Made by a program: the position numbers and the translations under genes
Notes under the pieces: model-generated
What the model saw: only the letters and a program-made list of their open reading frames with translations
The model's database searches: none
What the model was told of the DNA's origin: nothing
From: Mobula hypostoma
Lineage: Eukaryota
Assembly: GCF_963921235.1 (NCBI RefSeq)
Contig: NC_086107.1
Span: 115,198,001 to 115,262,000, forward strand
Reading direction: 5' to 3'
DNA: 64,000 nucleotides
Part shown: in pieces, positions 26,100 to 39,026 of the stretch
Numbering within the stretch: the first letter of the stretch is position 1
Layout: the number at the start of each line of letters is the position of its first letter

Positions 26100-26600
26100 C
26101 GATCCCCAGGATATCAGTAAGGCCACTGACCATCAGGAAATCCGACATGGACGGTCCCATGTCTGGGTGGGAAAGGAGGAGAATTGGGCAAGAGGCAAGC
26201 AACCCTATCCCATAAAAAAATTAAGAGCCACAGCGACACCTACAGAAGCTGCAAGGACCTCATGCCTGAGACAGGAAGGATCAATGTTTCCTCTAATCTT
26301 TTTTTTACAGCTGCACGGTCCAACCATGGCTCTGACCAGGAAATATTTTCATAGCCTGAAAAATGCATGGCACTTGAATAAATCATCATGTAAGAGATAA
26401 TTCGAGCTGCATGGTAACAAAGGCAATGTGTGTGGGAGCATTTCAGTCACAGTGCGGCCGCAGTAAGAGGGAACAGTGGAAAAGTACACCACAAAGGTGG
26501 GCTACACATGGAGACAACATGAAAGCTTAGCCCAGGACAGACCACTTCAGCAAGCTACTGTTGGCGGCCTGTGCCCCAGCAGGGATAAGTACACAAGTAA
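26100..26600 (+). mobile_element. Internally deleted RTE-clade LINE remnant
   Basis: C-terminal GYTWRQ.E.LAQDR...VGGLCP motif typical of RTE ORF ends. Confidence 0.45.
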
Positions 26601-27344
26601 CCGTTTGTCAACAGGTGACTGCTGGATGCTTTCTCGCTGGAGTGAAACACTTGAGACGGGGTCCAGGTCTTGTTATGTCCGGTCAGGGGCTGTTTCGTGG
26701 TCCCTTGGATGCTGGACGCTGACCAGTAACCATCAATGGTTTGCTCCAGATGATCGAAGGTGCGAGGGTTGGTCATGCACAAAGCCACTGATGGTCTGCC
26801 GGGCTCAGAACAACTTGTCGGGCTTGTAGGGGTAGACTGGGGGGGCAGCACGGGGATGTGGGTTTAGGGGCAGGGATGAGGGAGTTCGAGATCAGGGGCA
26901 GAAGCCGGTGTTCGTAGTCCAGGTCAGAGAGCTCCACAGTTGAAGGCTAGTGATCCCCATGGATGGATGTCCGGTCAGCAGGTACTGAGGACAAAGACCA
27001 GCAATCCCTGTGCTCAGCTGATCCTGTGGACAAGGACTAGTGACCGCCCCCCCCCCAAGGTTAGCAGATCCAGGGTCAAAGGTCTCTGTTGGCAAGAGGC
27101 ACAAGGGCCTGTGACACTCCCCTGCCCCCGTCGATGAGTCCAAGGGTTGGAGGTTCATAAAGGTTAAGGCCCTGTGTTCAAGGTCATATGATCAGCAAAT
27201 CCTGGAATTGACATCTGAAGGTCAAATGCCGGCAAGCCGGAGGCCAAATGTCTGCCAGTGACTGAAGGTTGGAGGCCCAAAGGCAGCCTGTCCTGGCGGG
27301 GGTGGGGGGGGGGCAGTGTTATTTACAAGTTGTGACATTTACAA

Positions 27345-29390
27345 GTGTTAGAGGAAGGCAGTGTCTATTGTAGGAGGTACAGAAGCCTGAAGGCACACAC
27401 TCAGTGATTCAGGAACAGCTTCTTCCCCTCTGCCATCCAATTCCTAAATGGACATTGAACCCTTGGACACTACCTCACTTTTTAAATATATATTATTTCT
27501 GTTTTTTGCACGATATTCAATCTATTCAATATACGTATACCGCAATTTATTTATTATTATTTTATTATTTAGTTTTTTTCCTTCTAGATTATGTGTTGCA
27601 TTGAACCGTTGCTGCTAAGTTAACACATTTCACGTCACGTGTGGGTGATAATAAACCTGATTCTGATTATAAGGGAAGCATTGTTGAGGATCTCTACAAC
27701 CCATCCCACAATCTCTTTGACCCACTAGCATCGGAAAGGAGGTAGAGGAGCCTCAGGACTAGGGCCAGCAAACTGGGTAACAACTTCTTCCCTTGGGCTC
27801 TGAGATGAAAGAATACCCTCCACCAACAAGGTCTCGTCACTAGGCCAGCGAGCTGTTTACAGTACCTGTGCTGCTCACTACATTTGAATTATACTTTACC
27901 AACCTACTTATGGTAATATTTTCATTTATGAGCTGTGTGTGACTTCAGTTTTGTGGGTGCACTGTGGTCCGGAGGAACGTGGTTGTATATACATACAGAC
28001 AGATGACAATAAAGTTGAACTTGGTGCCTGAATGTGGGGGCAACACTTGCAGCTGCCCCCAGCACATCTCTAGGTTGTGTTGGCTGTTACCATAAAACAA
28101 TGCTTTTCACTGTATGTTTTGATGTACACGTGATAAATAAATCTGAATCTTCAACCTCCACATCTGTCTTCCCATGGGCCCGGTCTGATCCCAAAGAGGG
28201 GAGCGATCTTATCCCAACTCCAGTTAACAAGTTCCCACAGACAGTTTTGAGGTTAAGAGCTACAGGTTTGCAGATATCACTGTAGTGGGTCATAGCTCAA
28301 ATAACAAGGATTCGCAGTACAGGAAGGAGATAGAGAGCCTAGTGACATAGAGAACTACTCCCTCAATGTCAACAATCGAGCTGCTCATTGACTTCAGAGA
28401 GGGAGCCACTGTGCAAACTGTCATCTACATCAACAGTGCTGAGGCTGATAGGTTCAGGTTTGCAGGAGTGAAGATCACCAACAGCCTTTCCTGGTCCAAT
28501 CATGTAAACATCACTGCCAAGAAAGTTCACCAGCACCTCTACTGCCTCAGACAGTTAAAGTTCAAAGTTCACAGTAAATTTATGATCAAAGTACATATAT
28601 GTCACCATATGCAACCCTGAGTCATTTTTGTAGGCAAACTCAATAAATCTATCATATAATAACCATAACAGAATCAACAAAAGACCACCTAACTTGGATG
28701 TTCAACTTGAGTGCAGATAACAAATCTTGCAAATAAAAAAGAAATAATAATAATAATAAATAAAGCAATAAATATCAAGAGGTGTACAGTCCTTGAAAGT
28801 GATTCCATTCGTTGTGAGAACATTTCAGTGATGGGGCAAGTGAAGTTATTCACTTTGGTTCAGAGTCTGATGGTTGAAGGGTGTGAGTCTTGAGGCTCCT
28901 GTACTTTTTTCCTGGGGGGCAGCGAGAACAGAGCACAAGTGGTGGGGGGGTCTCTGATGGTAGATGCTACTTTCCTGCAACAGTGTTTCATACAGATATG
29001 CTCAAAGGTGAGGATGGCTTTACCAGTCCAAATCCACCTCTTTTTTGTGGATTTTCCCATTCAAGGGCTTTGGTGTTGCCATACCAGGCTGTAATGCAGC
29101 CAGTCAATCTACTCTCCACCAAACATCTATAAAAGATCGTTAACAATTTAGATGTCCTGCCAAACCTTCGCAAACTCCCAAGGAAGTAGAAGTGCTGCTG
29201 TGCTTTCTTCGTCATTGTGTTTACGTGCTCAGCCCAGGACAGGTTGCCAAAATAATCAGACTGGGGAATTTAAAACTGCTGACCCTTTCCACCTCTGATC
29301 ATTTGATGAGGACTGGCTCATGAACCTCTGGTTTCCCTCTCCTGAAGTCAATAATCAGCTCCTTGATCTCACTGATATTGAGTAAGAGGG
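27345..29390. mobile_element. Cluster of Rex/Babar fragments (+ at 27345-27670 and 28290-28555; - at ~28555-29390)
   Basis: ELLIDFR...LSWSNHV...KKVHQHLYCLR on +; KKAQQHFYFLGSLRRFG...FYRCLVES.LTGCITAWYG on -. Confidence 0.75.
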
Positions 29391-32350
29391 ACGACTGCAC
29401 AAGTGCATGGACGTCAGCGAGTTAGACCAGCGCGAAGAGGTTAAACGGAGGCAGTTTTACAGAGCGGGCATTCAAGTAGAGGGGGGGAGAGTAGGAGGGC
29501 TTTGGCTCAATGGGGCTTCGGCAGTAACAGGTTGAGGCGTGGTAGGTTACCTGTGTAGACTAGAAACAGTAAGTATGCCTGTGAGGCCAGTGTTCTGTAC
29601 TGGGTGTCAGATGTGGGAAGTCCTGGAGTCTCCCAGCCTCCCAGATGGCCACATCTGCGCCAGGTGCAGTGAGTCGCAGCTCCTTAGGGACCAGGTTAAG
29701 GAAATGGAGATGCAGCTCGATGACCTTCGTCTGGTCAGGGGGTAGTAAGGAGGTGATAGAGAGGAGCTATAGGCAAGTAGTCACACCTGGGCCTCCAGAG
29801 ACAGATAACTGGGTAACAGTCAGTAGAGGGAAGGGCAGGAGTCAGATACTAGAGAGTACACCTGTAGCTGTCCCCCTTAACAATAAGTACTCCTGTTTGA
29901 GTACTGTTGGGGGGAACGGCCTACCTGGGGGAAGCATCAGTGGCCGTGCCTCTGGCACAGAGTCTGGCCCTGTGGCTCAGAAGGGGAGGGAAAGGAAGAG
30001 GATGGCGGCAGTGATAGGGGACTCTATAGTTAGGGGGTCAGACAGGCGATTCTGTGGACGCAGGGAAGAAACAAGGATGGCTATTTGCCTCCTAGGTGCC
30101 AGGGTCCAGGATGTTTATGATCGCATCCATGATATCCTGACGCGGGAAGGTGAACAGCTAGAGGTCGTGATATATATTGGTACCAACGACGTAGGTAGGA
30201 AAAGGGAGGAGGTCCTGAAAACTGACTACAGGGATTTAGGAAGGAAGTTGCTTCCTGTGATTGCTCCCTGTGCCACGTGACAGTGAGTATAGAAATAGAA
30301 TGAGGTGGAGGATAAATGTGTGGCTGAGGGATTGGAGCAGGGGGCAGGGATTCAGCTTTCTGGATCATTGGGACCTCTTTTGGGGCAGGCAAATTGGACG
30401 GGTTGCACTTGAATCCGAAGGGGACCAATATCCTGGCGGGGAGGTTTGCCGAGGCGACTGGGGAGAGTTTAAACTAGAATTGCTGGGGGGTGGGAATCAA
30501 CCTGAAGAGGCGGAGGAAGGGGCCGTTGGCTCACAAATAGAGAAAGTTTGGAGACCGTGCAAGGGTGGATAGGCATGTGATAGAGAAGGGATGTGCTCAG
30601 ACTGATGGTTTGAGATGTGTATTTAATGCAAGGAGTGTTATGAACAATGCAGATGAGCTTACTGCGTGGATCAGCACTTGAAGCTATGATGTTGTGGCCA
30701 TTACAGAAACTTGGATGGTGCATGGTGCAGGGGCAGGAATGGCTACTCAGTGCCAGGCTTTAGATGTTTCGGAAAGGACAGGGAAGGAGGCAAAAGAGGT
30801 GGGGGCGTGGCACTGCTGATCAGAGATAGTGTCAGGGCTGCAGTAAAGGAGGAAGTCATGGAGGGATTGTCTACCGAGTCTCTGTGGGTGGAAGTTAGAA
30901 ACAGGAATGGGTCAATAGCTCTACTGGGTTCTTTTATAGACCACCCAGTAGTAACAGGGACATCAAGGAGCAGATAGGGAGATAGATTCTGGAAAGGTGT
31001 CGTGGTGGTGGTGGTGGGAGATTTTAATTTCCCAAATATTGACTGGCATCTCCCTAGAGCAAGGGTTTAGATGGGGTGGAGTTTATTAGGTATGTTCAGG
31101 AAGGTTTCCTGACACAACAAGTAGATACATCTATAAGAGAAGAGACTGTACTTGATCTGGTATTGAGAAATGAACCTGGTCAGCTGTCAGGTCTCTCAGT
31201 GGGAGAGCATTTTGAAGATGGTGATCACAATTCTATCTCCTTTACCATAGCATTGGAGAGGAATAGGAACAGACAAGTTAGGGAAACGTTTAATTGGAGT
31301 AAGGGGAAATATTAGGCTATCAGGCAGGAACGGGGAAGCATAAATTGGAAACAGATGTTCTCAGGGAAATGCGGCAAATGTTCAGGGGATATTTGCGTGG
31401 CATTCTGCATAGGTATGTTCCAATGAGACGGAAAAGACCGTAAGGTATAGGAACCATGGTGTACAAAGGCTGTTGAAAATCCAATCAAGAAGAAAAGAAA
31501 AGCTTACAAAAGGTTCAAAAATCTAGGTAATGATAGAGATCAAGAAGATTATAAGGCTAGCAGGAAGGAGCTCAAGAATGAAATTAGGAGAGCCAGAAGG
31601 GGCCATGAGAAGGCCTTGGCAAGAAGGATTAAGGAAAACTCCCCCAAGGCATTCTACAAGTGTGTGAAGAGCAAGTGGATAAAACGTGAGGGAATATGAA
31701 CAATCAAGTGTGATAATGGAAAAGTGTGTATGGAACCGGAGGAGATAACAGAGATACCTAATGAATACTTTACTTCAGTATTCACTATGGAAAAGGATCT
31801 TGGCAATTGTAGGGATGAGTTACAGCGGACTGAACAGCTTGAGCATATAGACGTTAAGAAAGAGGATGTACGGGAGCTTTTGGAAAGTGTCAATATGGAT
31901 AAGTCTCCGGGACCAAATGAGATGTACCCCTGGCTCCTGTGGGAGGAGATTGCTGAGCCTCTGTCAATGCTCTTTGTATCATCACTGGGGACTGGACAGG
32001 ATCTGGAGGATTGCGGATGTTGTTCCCTTATTCAGGAAAGGGAGTAGAGATAGCCTAGGAAATTATAGACCAGTGAGTCTTACTTCAGTGGTTGGTGAGT
32101 TGATGGAAAAGATCCTGAGGCAGGATTTATGAACATTTGGAGAGGTATAATATAATTTGGAATAGTCAGCATGGCTTTGTCAAAAGCAGATTATGCCTTA
32201 TGAGCTTGATTGAATTTTTTGAGGATGTGACTAAACACATTGATGAAGGTAGAGTAGTAGATGTAGTGTATATGGATTTCAGCAAGGCATTCAATAAGGT
32301 ACCCCATGCAAGGTTTATTGAGAAATTAAGGAGGCACGGGATCCACAGGG
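29390..32350 (+). mobile_element. CR1 LINE, 5' two-thirds (ORF1, APE, start of RT), 3'-truncated and disabled
   Basis: MPVRPVFCTGCQMWE...ICARC zinc finger; AAVIGDSIVRG SGNH motif; GGGVALLIR; LDLVL; NYRPVSLTSVVG; SQHGF; VDVVYMDFSKAF. Confidence 0.93.
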
Positions 32351-32959
32351 TGTATTTTTGGGCTAATTGAGCAGTCTGGCGCTTTGCCGTCTTGGGTGCT
32401 TGGTGAGGTTGAGAGTGAAGTGTGCGGCCCAGAAGCTTGGAAACAGGATGTGAGTCCATAATCGACTTCATTGCTTCTCTCCAATTCAGGCTGAAATTGA
32501 CAAAGAAGAGAGCTGAGTGCTGTCTGCCTGTGTTTAACCGTTCTTCCTCTCCCCCTTGCTGGTTGCTGTCAGAAGAAAGCGCGGGAGTCTCGTGATCCAC
32601 GTTGTAAGGATTGATCAGCAAGGTTTGTGGCTGTGGACTCGTCTTGGGGGACTTTGAGGTTCATGTTGCATGTGTTTCTGAATTCTGGTTCCTTGTTTTT
32701 GCAGATTTTGAGCAGTTTGATTGGGGCGATCAGTGCGGACTGGGGCACTTTGGTAAAAACTGGCTCTGTGACCTGCCACTGGCTAGCTGCACTCAACGGA
32801 ACGGAATACTCAGGCTCTGAAAAGCTGTGCCAATCAAATAGCGGGAGTACTCAAGGACATTTTCAACCTCTCACTGCTACGAGTGGAAGTTCCCACTTGC
32901 TTCAAAAAGACGACGATTATACCAGTGCGTAATAAGAATAATGCGAGCTGCCTTAAAAG

Positions 32960-34310
32960 CTACCGCCCGGTAGCACTCACATCGACAATGCTTTGAGAGG
33001 TTGGTCATGACTAGACTGAACTCCTGCCTCAGCAAGGACCTGGACCCATTGCAATTTGCCTATCACCACAACAGGTCAAAGGCAGGCACAATTTTAATGG
33101 CTCTCCACACAGCCTTAGACCACCCGGACAACACAAACACCTACCTCAGGATGCTGTTCATCCTACAATTCTGATTGAGAAGTTGCAGAACCTGGGCCTC
33201 TGTACCTCCCTACCTCCCTTTGCAATTGGATCCTCGACTTCCTCACCAAAAGACTACATCTATGCCGATTAGTGATAATATCTCCTCCTCGTTGAAGATA
33301 ACACTGTAGCACCTCAGGAGTGTGTGCTTAGCCCACTACCCTACTCTCTGTATACACATGACTGTGTGGCTAGGCATAGCTCAAATGCCATCTATAAATT
33401 TGCAGACGATACAACCATTGTTAGTAGAATCTCATGTGGTGACGAGAGGGCGTACAGGAGTGAGATATGCCAACTAGTGGAGTGGTGTCACAGCAACAAC
33501 CTGGCACTCAATGTCAGTAAGGCGAAAGAACTGATTGTGGAATTCAGGAAGGGTAAGACAAAGGAACACATACCAATCCTCATAGAGGGATCAGAAGTGG
33601 AGAGAGTGAGCAGCTTCAAGTTCCTGGGTGTCAAGGTCTCTGAGGATCTAACCTGGTCCCAACATATCGATGTAGTTATAAAGAAGGCAAGGCAGTGGCT
33701 ATATTTATTATGAGTTTGAAGAGATTTAGCATGTCAACAAATACACAAAAAACTTCTATAGTTGACCCACGGAGAGCATTCTGACAGGTATGGGGTACAC
33801 ACTGTCTGGTATGGGGGCGGGGGGCTACTGCACAGGACTGAAAGAAGCTGCAGATGGTTGTAAATCTAGTCAGCTCCATCTTGGGTACCAGCCTACAAAG
33901 TACCCAGGACATCTTCAGGGAGCGGTGTCTCAGAAAGGCAGTGTCCATTATTAAGGACCTCCAGCACCCAGAGCATGCCCTTTTCTCACTGTTAACACCA
34001 GGAATGAGGTACAGAAGCCCAAAGGCACACGCTCAGTGATTCAGGAATATCTTCTTCCCCTCTGCCAAATGATTCCTAAACGGACATTGAACCTTTGGAC
34101 ACTACCTCACGTTTTTTTAAATATGCAGTATTTCTGGTTTTTTTGGCACATTTTTAAAAAATCTATTCCATATACGTATACTGCAATTGATTTACTTGTC
34201 TATTTAGCATTTTTTTTTCTCTTCTAGATTATGTATTGCATTGAACTGCTGCTGCTGCTAAGTTAACAAATTTCACGTCACGTCAGTGATAATAAACCTG
34301 ATTCTGATAC
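32960..34310 (+). mobile_element. Rex1/Babar LINE, RT to 3' end
   Basis: DPLQFAY; CVLSPL.YSLYTHDC; YKFADDTT; LNVSK.KELIV.FRK; FKFLGV...DLTWS; tail AATAAACCTGATTCTGA. Confidence 0.92.
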
Positions 34311-34399
34311 TCTTAGTTTGATGTTTAATATTCTGTGTAATATTCACTTATTTTTGCTCTTTTAAGCAATTGGTTTTTTTTTGCGTCATAGCAACTGCT

Positions 34400-35080
34400 C
34401 TGCACGTGGCCATAACACACCACAGAAAGTTGTGGACACAGCTCAGGGCTTCACGGAAACCAGCCTCTCCTCAAAGGACTCTCTGCACTTCCTGCTGCCT
34501 CAGTAAAGTAGCCAGCATAATCAAAGACACCTCCTATCCCAGACATTCTCTCACAACACGCTGGAGGAACTCAGCAGGTTGGGCAGCATCCGTGGAAACG
34601 ATGTCGACATTTCAGGCCGGAACCCTTTGTCAGGACTCCAGCCCGGCCCGAAACGTCAACTCATCGTTTCCACAGATGCTGCCCGACCTGCTGAGTTCCT
34701 CCAGCTTGTTGTGAGTGTTGCTTTGACCCCAGCATCTGCAGAGTATTTTGTGTTTACCAGCCATTCTCTCATTCTCTGCCTCTATTATCGGACAGAAGAT
34801 ACAGAAGCCTGAAAGCTCATCCCACCAGGATCAAGGGTAGCTTCTGTCCCACTGTTATAAGACTATTGAACCATCCCCTAGTACATTCAGATGGACTCTA
34901 GCTTGTTCTGGCCTGCCTGCAATGCACTCTCTCTGTAAGTGTAACACTTTATTTTGCAATCTGCTATTGTTTTACCTTGTACTACCTCAATGCTCAGCGT
35001 AATGAACTGATCTGCATGAACAGTATGCAGGACAAGTTTTTCACTAGACCTCAGTACATGTGGCAATGACAAACTAATTG
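34400..35080 (+). mobile_element. Rex/Babar 3' fragment hosting an inverted-repeat insert
   Basis: CL.K.ASIIKD.S.P.H...GRRY.SLK reading is interrupted at 34553-34756. Confidence 0.7.
34553..34756. mobile_element. Penelope-terminus-derived inverted-repeat insert with degenerate hammerhead cores
   Basis: ~55-bp inverted arms (34550-34603 / 34662-34715); TSD CCAG(A/C)CATTCTCTC at 34539-34552 and 34757-34770; homologous to 57901-58034. Confidence 0.8.
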
Positions 35081-35084
35081 AAAC

Positions 35085-37215
35085 CTTTTTAACTATACCT
35101 TTCCCAGTGTGTTTTAAAAATTATTTACATTACTTCCTCATTATCTACCCACCACCCCACGTGGAAAAAAATGTCCCTCAGGTCCTCTGACTCTCTCCCC
35201 ACCCACCTTAAATCTGTGCCTCTTCCTATAGATGCTGCTTGGCCTGCTGCGTTCACCAGCAACTTTGATGTATGTTGCTTAAATCTGTGCCCTCTGGTTT
35301 TATAAATTTCTGTAAGGTCATCCTGTAGCCTCATTCACTCCAGTGAAAACAGTCTCAGCCTGTCTAGTCTCTCTTTATAACTCAAGCCCTCAAGTCTGGT
35401 AAAATCCCTGTGAAACTTTTTTGCCCCCTCCCCAGCTTAATCACAGTCCTCCTTTCACTCAGCAACCAGAACTGCACACAGTTCTCCAATTGTAGCCTCA
35501 TCAATGTTTTGTACAGATGTAACATGACCACGAAACTCCTGTACTCAGTGCCCTGAATGAAGGCCAATCTGCCACCCTGTCTATCTATGCCTGTACCTCC
35601 AGGCTCCTTTGTTCTACAGCATGCCCCACGTCATTGCCATTCACTGTGAAAGACCTAACCTGACTGGTCTTCCCAAAATGCAACACCGCCATTTATCCGA
35701 ATTAAACTCCATTTGCCGTTCCTTGGCCCACTTACACAGCTGACTGAGACTGCCCTATAAACCGATAAACACTGCCGATCACAGCAACTATTTTAGTGTC
35801 ACCTGCAAATTTACTAACTAGGTCTTGTATATTCTCTCAGAAACTGTTCATATAGATGGCAAGTAAAGATGGGGCCACCACTGACCCCTGGGGAACAGTA
35901 TTAGTCATGGGCCTCCAGGATGAGAAACAATCTCACACCATCACCCTGAGCCAGTTGTGTCCAATTAGCCAGCTTTCTCTGGATTCAAATCAATCTCAAA
36001 TTCTATGTTCATTGCAAGGCCAGTGTGCCCTGAGAGCCAAATGCATTCTTCACTGTCCTATCAGCAACATCACTTTCCAGGAACCCTCCGGGTCCCTCTA
36101 TCCTACAACATGCCATGGGGCACTGCCATCCATCGTGCAGGCAACATTGATCTTCTGGTTTGATGAGAGGAGGGAAGAGCAGGGAAGATGCAGCAACACA
36201 AGGCTGCATACTGGGATAGAGAACAGATCTGCTGCTTCTGACAGTTCCCCAGTCCTGAAATGCCCATTTCCTTTGCCCTGCAAAGAGCTTCTTAAACACT
36301 TCCATCATATCTACCTCTGGCAGCACATCCCAGGCACCCACCACTCTCTCCGTGCAAAACACCTCGTTCCGCAAATCCAATTTGAATTTCCACCTCGCAC
36401 ATTAAATGCATGCCCTCTGGTATTAGGCATTTCACCTCTGTGGGGGGAAAAAATTCTCAGTGTCTGCTCTGTGTCCTTCATAATCTTATGAACCACTTTC
36501 AGTTTACTCCTCAACCTCCACACTGCTTCAGAGAAAACAGCCCATTTATCCAACTTTTCCCTGTAGCTCATGCTGTCGAATTCAGGCAGCATTCTGGTGA
36601 ACCTTTCCTGCACCCTCTCCAAAGTCTCCACACCCTTCCTGTTATGGTGCAACCAGAACTGAATGTGATACTGCAGACGTGGCCTGACCACCGTTTTATA
36701 AAGTTGCCACATAATTTCCTGACTCTCGAACTCAGTGGTTCAACTAGTAAAGGCAAGTGCCCCTTATTTATGATCGTGGGCACGTGGCCAAGTGGTTAAG
36801 GCATTGGACTAGCGACCTGAAGGTCGTGAGTTTGATCCCCAGCTGAGGCAACGTGTTTGTGTCCTTGAGCAAGGCACTTAATCACATATTGCTCTGCGAC
36901 GACACTGGTGCCAAGCTGCGTGGGTCCTAATGCCCTTCCCTTGGACAACATCGGTGTCGTAGAGAAGGGAGACTTGCAGCATGGGCAACTGCTGGTCTTC
37001 CATACAACCTTGCCCAGGCCTGCGCCCTGGAGAGTGAAGACTTTTCAGGCACAGATCCATGGTCTGGCAAGACGAACGGATGCCACTTTCATCGATCTGA
37101 GAACTTGGACCCCAAAATCCCTCTGTAGTTCATCACTCTTAAGGGTCCTGCCATTAACTGTGTCCTGTCCCTTTACATTTGACTTCCATGGTTTATAAAG
37201 CTGCAGCCTGACTTC
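35085..37215 (-). mobile_element. Nested CR1 RT/3' fragments
   Basis: LYKTL.R..LE.CVQFW, LYKTVVRPRLQY.IQFW...LERVQERFTRMLP, TRGH.F motifs on the minus strand. Confidence 0.85.
36775..37085 (+). mobile_element. tRNA-derived SINE with CORE-like segment
   Basis: A box GTGGCCAAGTGG, B-box-like GAGTTTGATCCCC, TGTGTCCTTGAGCAAGGCACTTAA core; interrupts a CR1. Confidence 0.75.
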
Positions 37216-37707
37216 GTGACTCTCGTACTCCATGTCCCATCTCAGCTGGAGAAGCAGTGTGTTTGGGAGGTGCTCTTGGAGTGGCCCAGGTAAGTAATTG
37301 AGGGATATTTTGTAGATGCTGCACATCACAGCTGCAGGTGAGGGGGAGACCGTGTGCTTCAGGGATGAGGGATGAGGGGAGGAGCTGATCAAGCAGACTG
37401 CTTTGGTTTTGAGAGTCATTGGAGCCACTTACCCAGGGAAGTGGGGAAGAGTGCCGTCACATCCCTGACCTGTAGATACGGGCCAGGGTAACATGGTGGT
37501 TGTTGTGTGCATGGACTAACCCCACCCTGGAAAGTGGGCAGTGTTCTATCACACCGAACTGTAGATGGGAGATGGTTAAAGTGGCAGATGTAGTGTATAC
37601 AGACTAACCCCACCCAGGGAAGGGAATAATGTGGTTCCACCCAGTATGGAGGATTGAGTTTCTCTGACAAATGATCAGAAATCAGGAAAATTGATTGAAC
37701 ATTTGTT

Positions 37708-37713
37708 TTTAAT
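37708..37713 (-). terminator. Candidate SH2B1 poly(A) signal ATTAAA
   Basis: At the end of an AT-rich unique stretch ~890 nt downstream of the alpha stop, just before repeats resume. Confidence 0.45.
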
Positions 37714-38218
37714 TGTAAATAGACATAACAGACAAGCAGGGTCAGAGAAAATGTACAAGGTTAAAGGAACCGTGGCAGCTATTCCCTGTGGAAAGCCACC
37801 AATCAGGGCAGGAAAGAGTAATAAATAATTTAAAAAGGTAACATCACTACACAAAAAGTTTTATCCAAAAAAATGATAAACAAGATGAAAAGGAGAAGTG
37901 GGTGTGTGTGGGTGATGATTCAGATTGTTCGATGGGGCGGGCGGGGGGGGGGAAACAATGGGGCGTGTATGCCAGCAGCAATGAGTTAATGGGACCCCGA
38001 TCGGGATCAGGCCGAAGGTGGGAGGGGAGTGAGCGGGTGAGTGGTTGGTACAGGGGGGCCGTTAAAGGAGTGGGTGAAGGAGAGAATTAGTGTTCAGTGT
38101 TACAGAGTGTGGGTTAGTGTTCTGTTGTTTTGTGTGTGTATTAGTGTCCATGTATGTGCACACACATTAGCATCATGTGTATGTGTGTGTGCACTATTAG
38201 TGTTGAAAGTCTATTAGG

Positions 38219-38228
38219 AGAGAGAGAG

Positions 38229-38259
<31 letters not shown>

Positions 38260-38295
38260 CTGTCCGTCTGTGTGTGTCTGTCCGTCTGTGTGTGT
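38219..38295. repeat. (GA)n(GT)n microsatellite in SH2B1 3' UTR
   Basis: Directly visible. Confidence 0.9.
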
Positions 38296-38598
38296 AAGCA
38301 CGTGTCCCGTGTCTCCAGAATGTAGATTAGTGTTCAGGCTGCGTGTGTACGTACATCAGGGTCCACAGTACACTTACAGTGCCCTGTGGGTGTCTTTACC
38401 ACCTCCCCTACTACTCAGGTCCCCCTCTCTTCCCCACCCCCAGTTACCCCTTGGGGAGGCAGATGTAGCCCCTCCCCCCACTCCCACCACTTTCCATTCC
38501 TGTTCCAGCGCCGGCTCCGGAGAGAGTCGAGTCGTGGCGGTGAGTTGCAGGGTGGGAATGGGGTGTTCACACTTGTCTGCACCCTCTATCCCTGCCCC

Positions 38599-39026
38599 TC
38601 AGATGAAGGAGTACTGGTTGTCCACGGCCCGAGTGTGGCCCCCTTCCTGCGGCTCCTCCGCAGCAGAGAGGGGCTGCAGCGGAGGTCTGCGCTCCCGGGA
38701 TGAATCCGGAGGTGGGGGGCAGCAGGAAATCCGTTCCGTCCTCCCTTCCACTTCCTCCTCCTCACCCTCATCCCCATCCCCTCTCCCCGACGCCTCACCC
38801 CCAACCTCCTCCTCCCCCTCCCCCCCCTCTGCCCCCTCCTGGGGGAGGGGTGGGCCTCTCGGAGGAGAGGGGGAGCAGGGTGGGGGGGGTGGGCGGGCAG
38901 GAGGGGGTGGCGAAGCTCCCGGGCTGTACCAGGAGCGGCTAGTGCCCCCTTCCTCAGTGCTCTGGTGCCGGGAGGCAGGGGCTGGTGGCAGGGGTGGGGG
39001 AGCTGGGCTATGAAAGGTGCTCATTT
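38599..39026 (-). CDS. SH2B1: SH2B1 last coding exon (alpha frame; beta frame stops at 39008-39010)
   Basis: ctctccag acceptor, phase 1: EMSTFHSPAPPP...GHTRAVDNQYSFI*, the SH2B-family C-terminal Cbl-binding motif. Confidence 0.9.

Noticed and set aside
36778..36850. Possible tRNA gene
   Set aside because: A/B boxes are present but there is no convincing cloverleaf, and it continues into a SINE body; the same applies to 43067-43140
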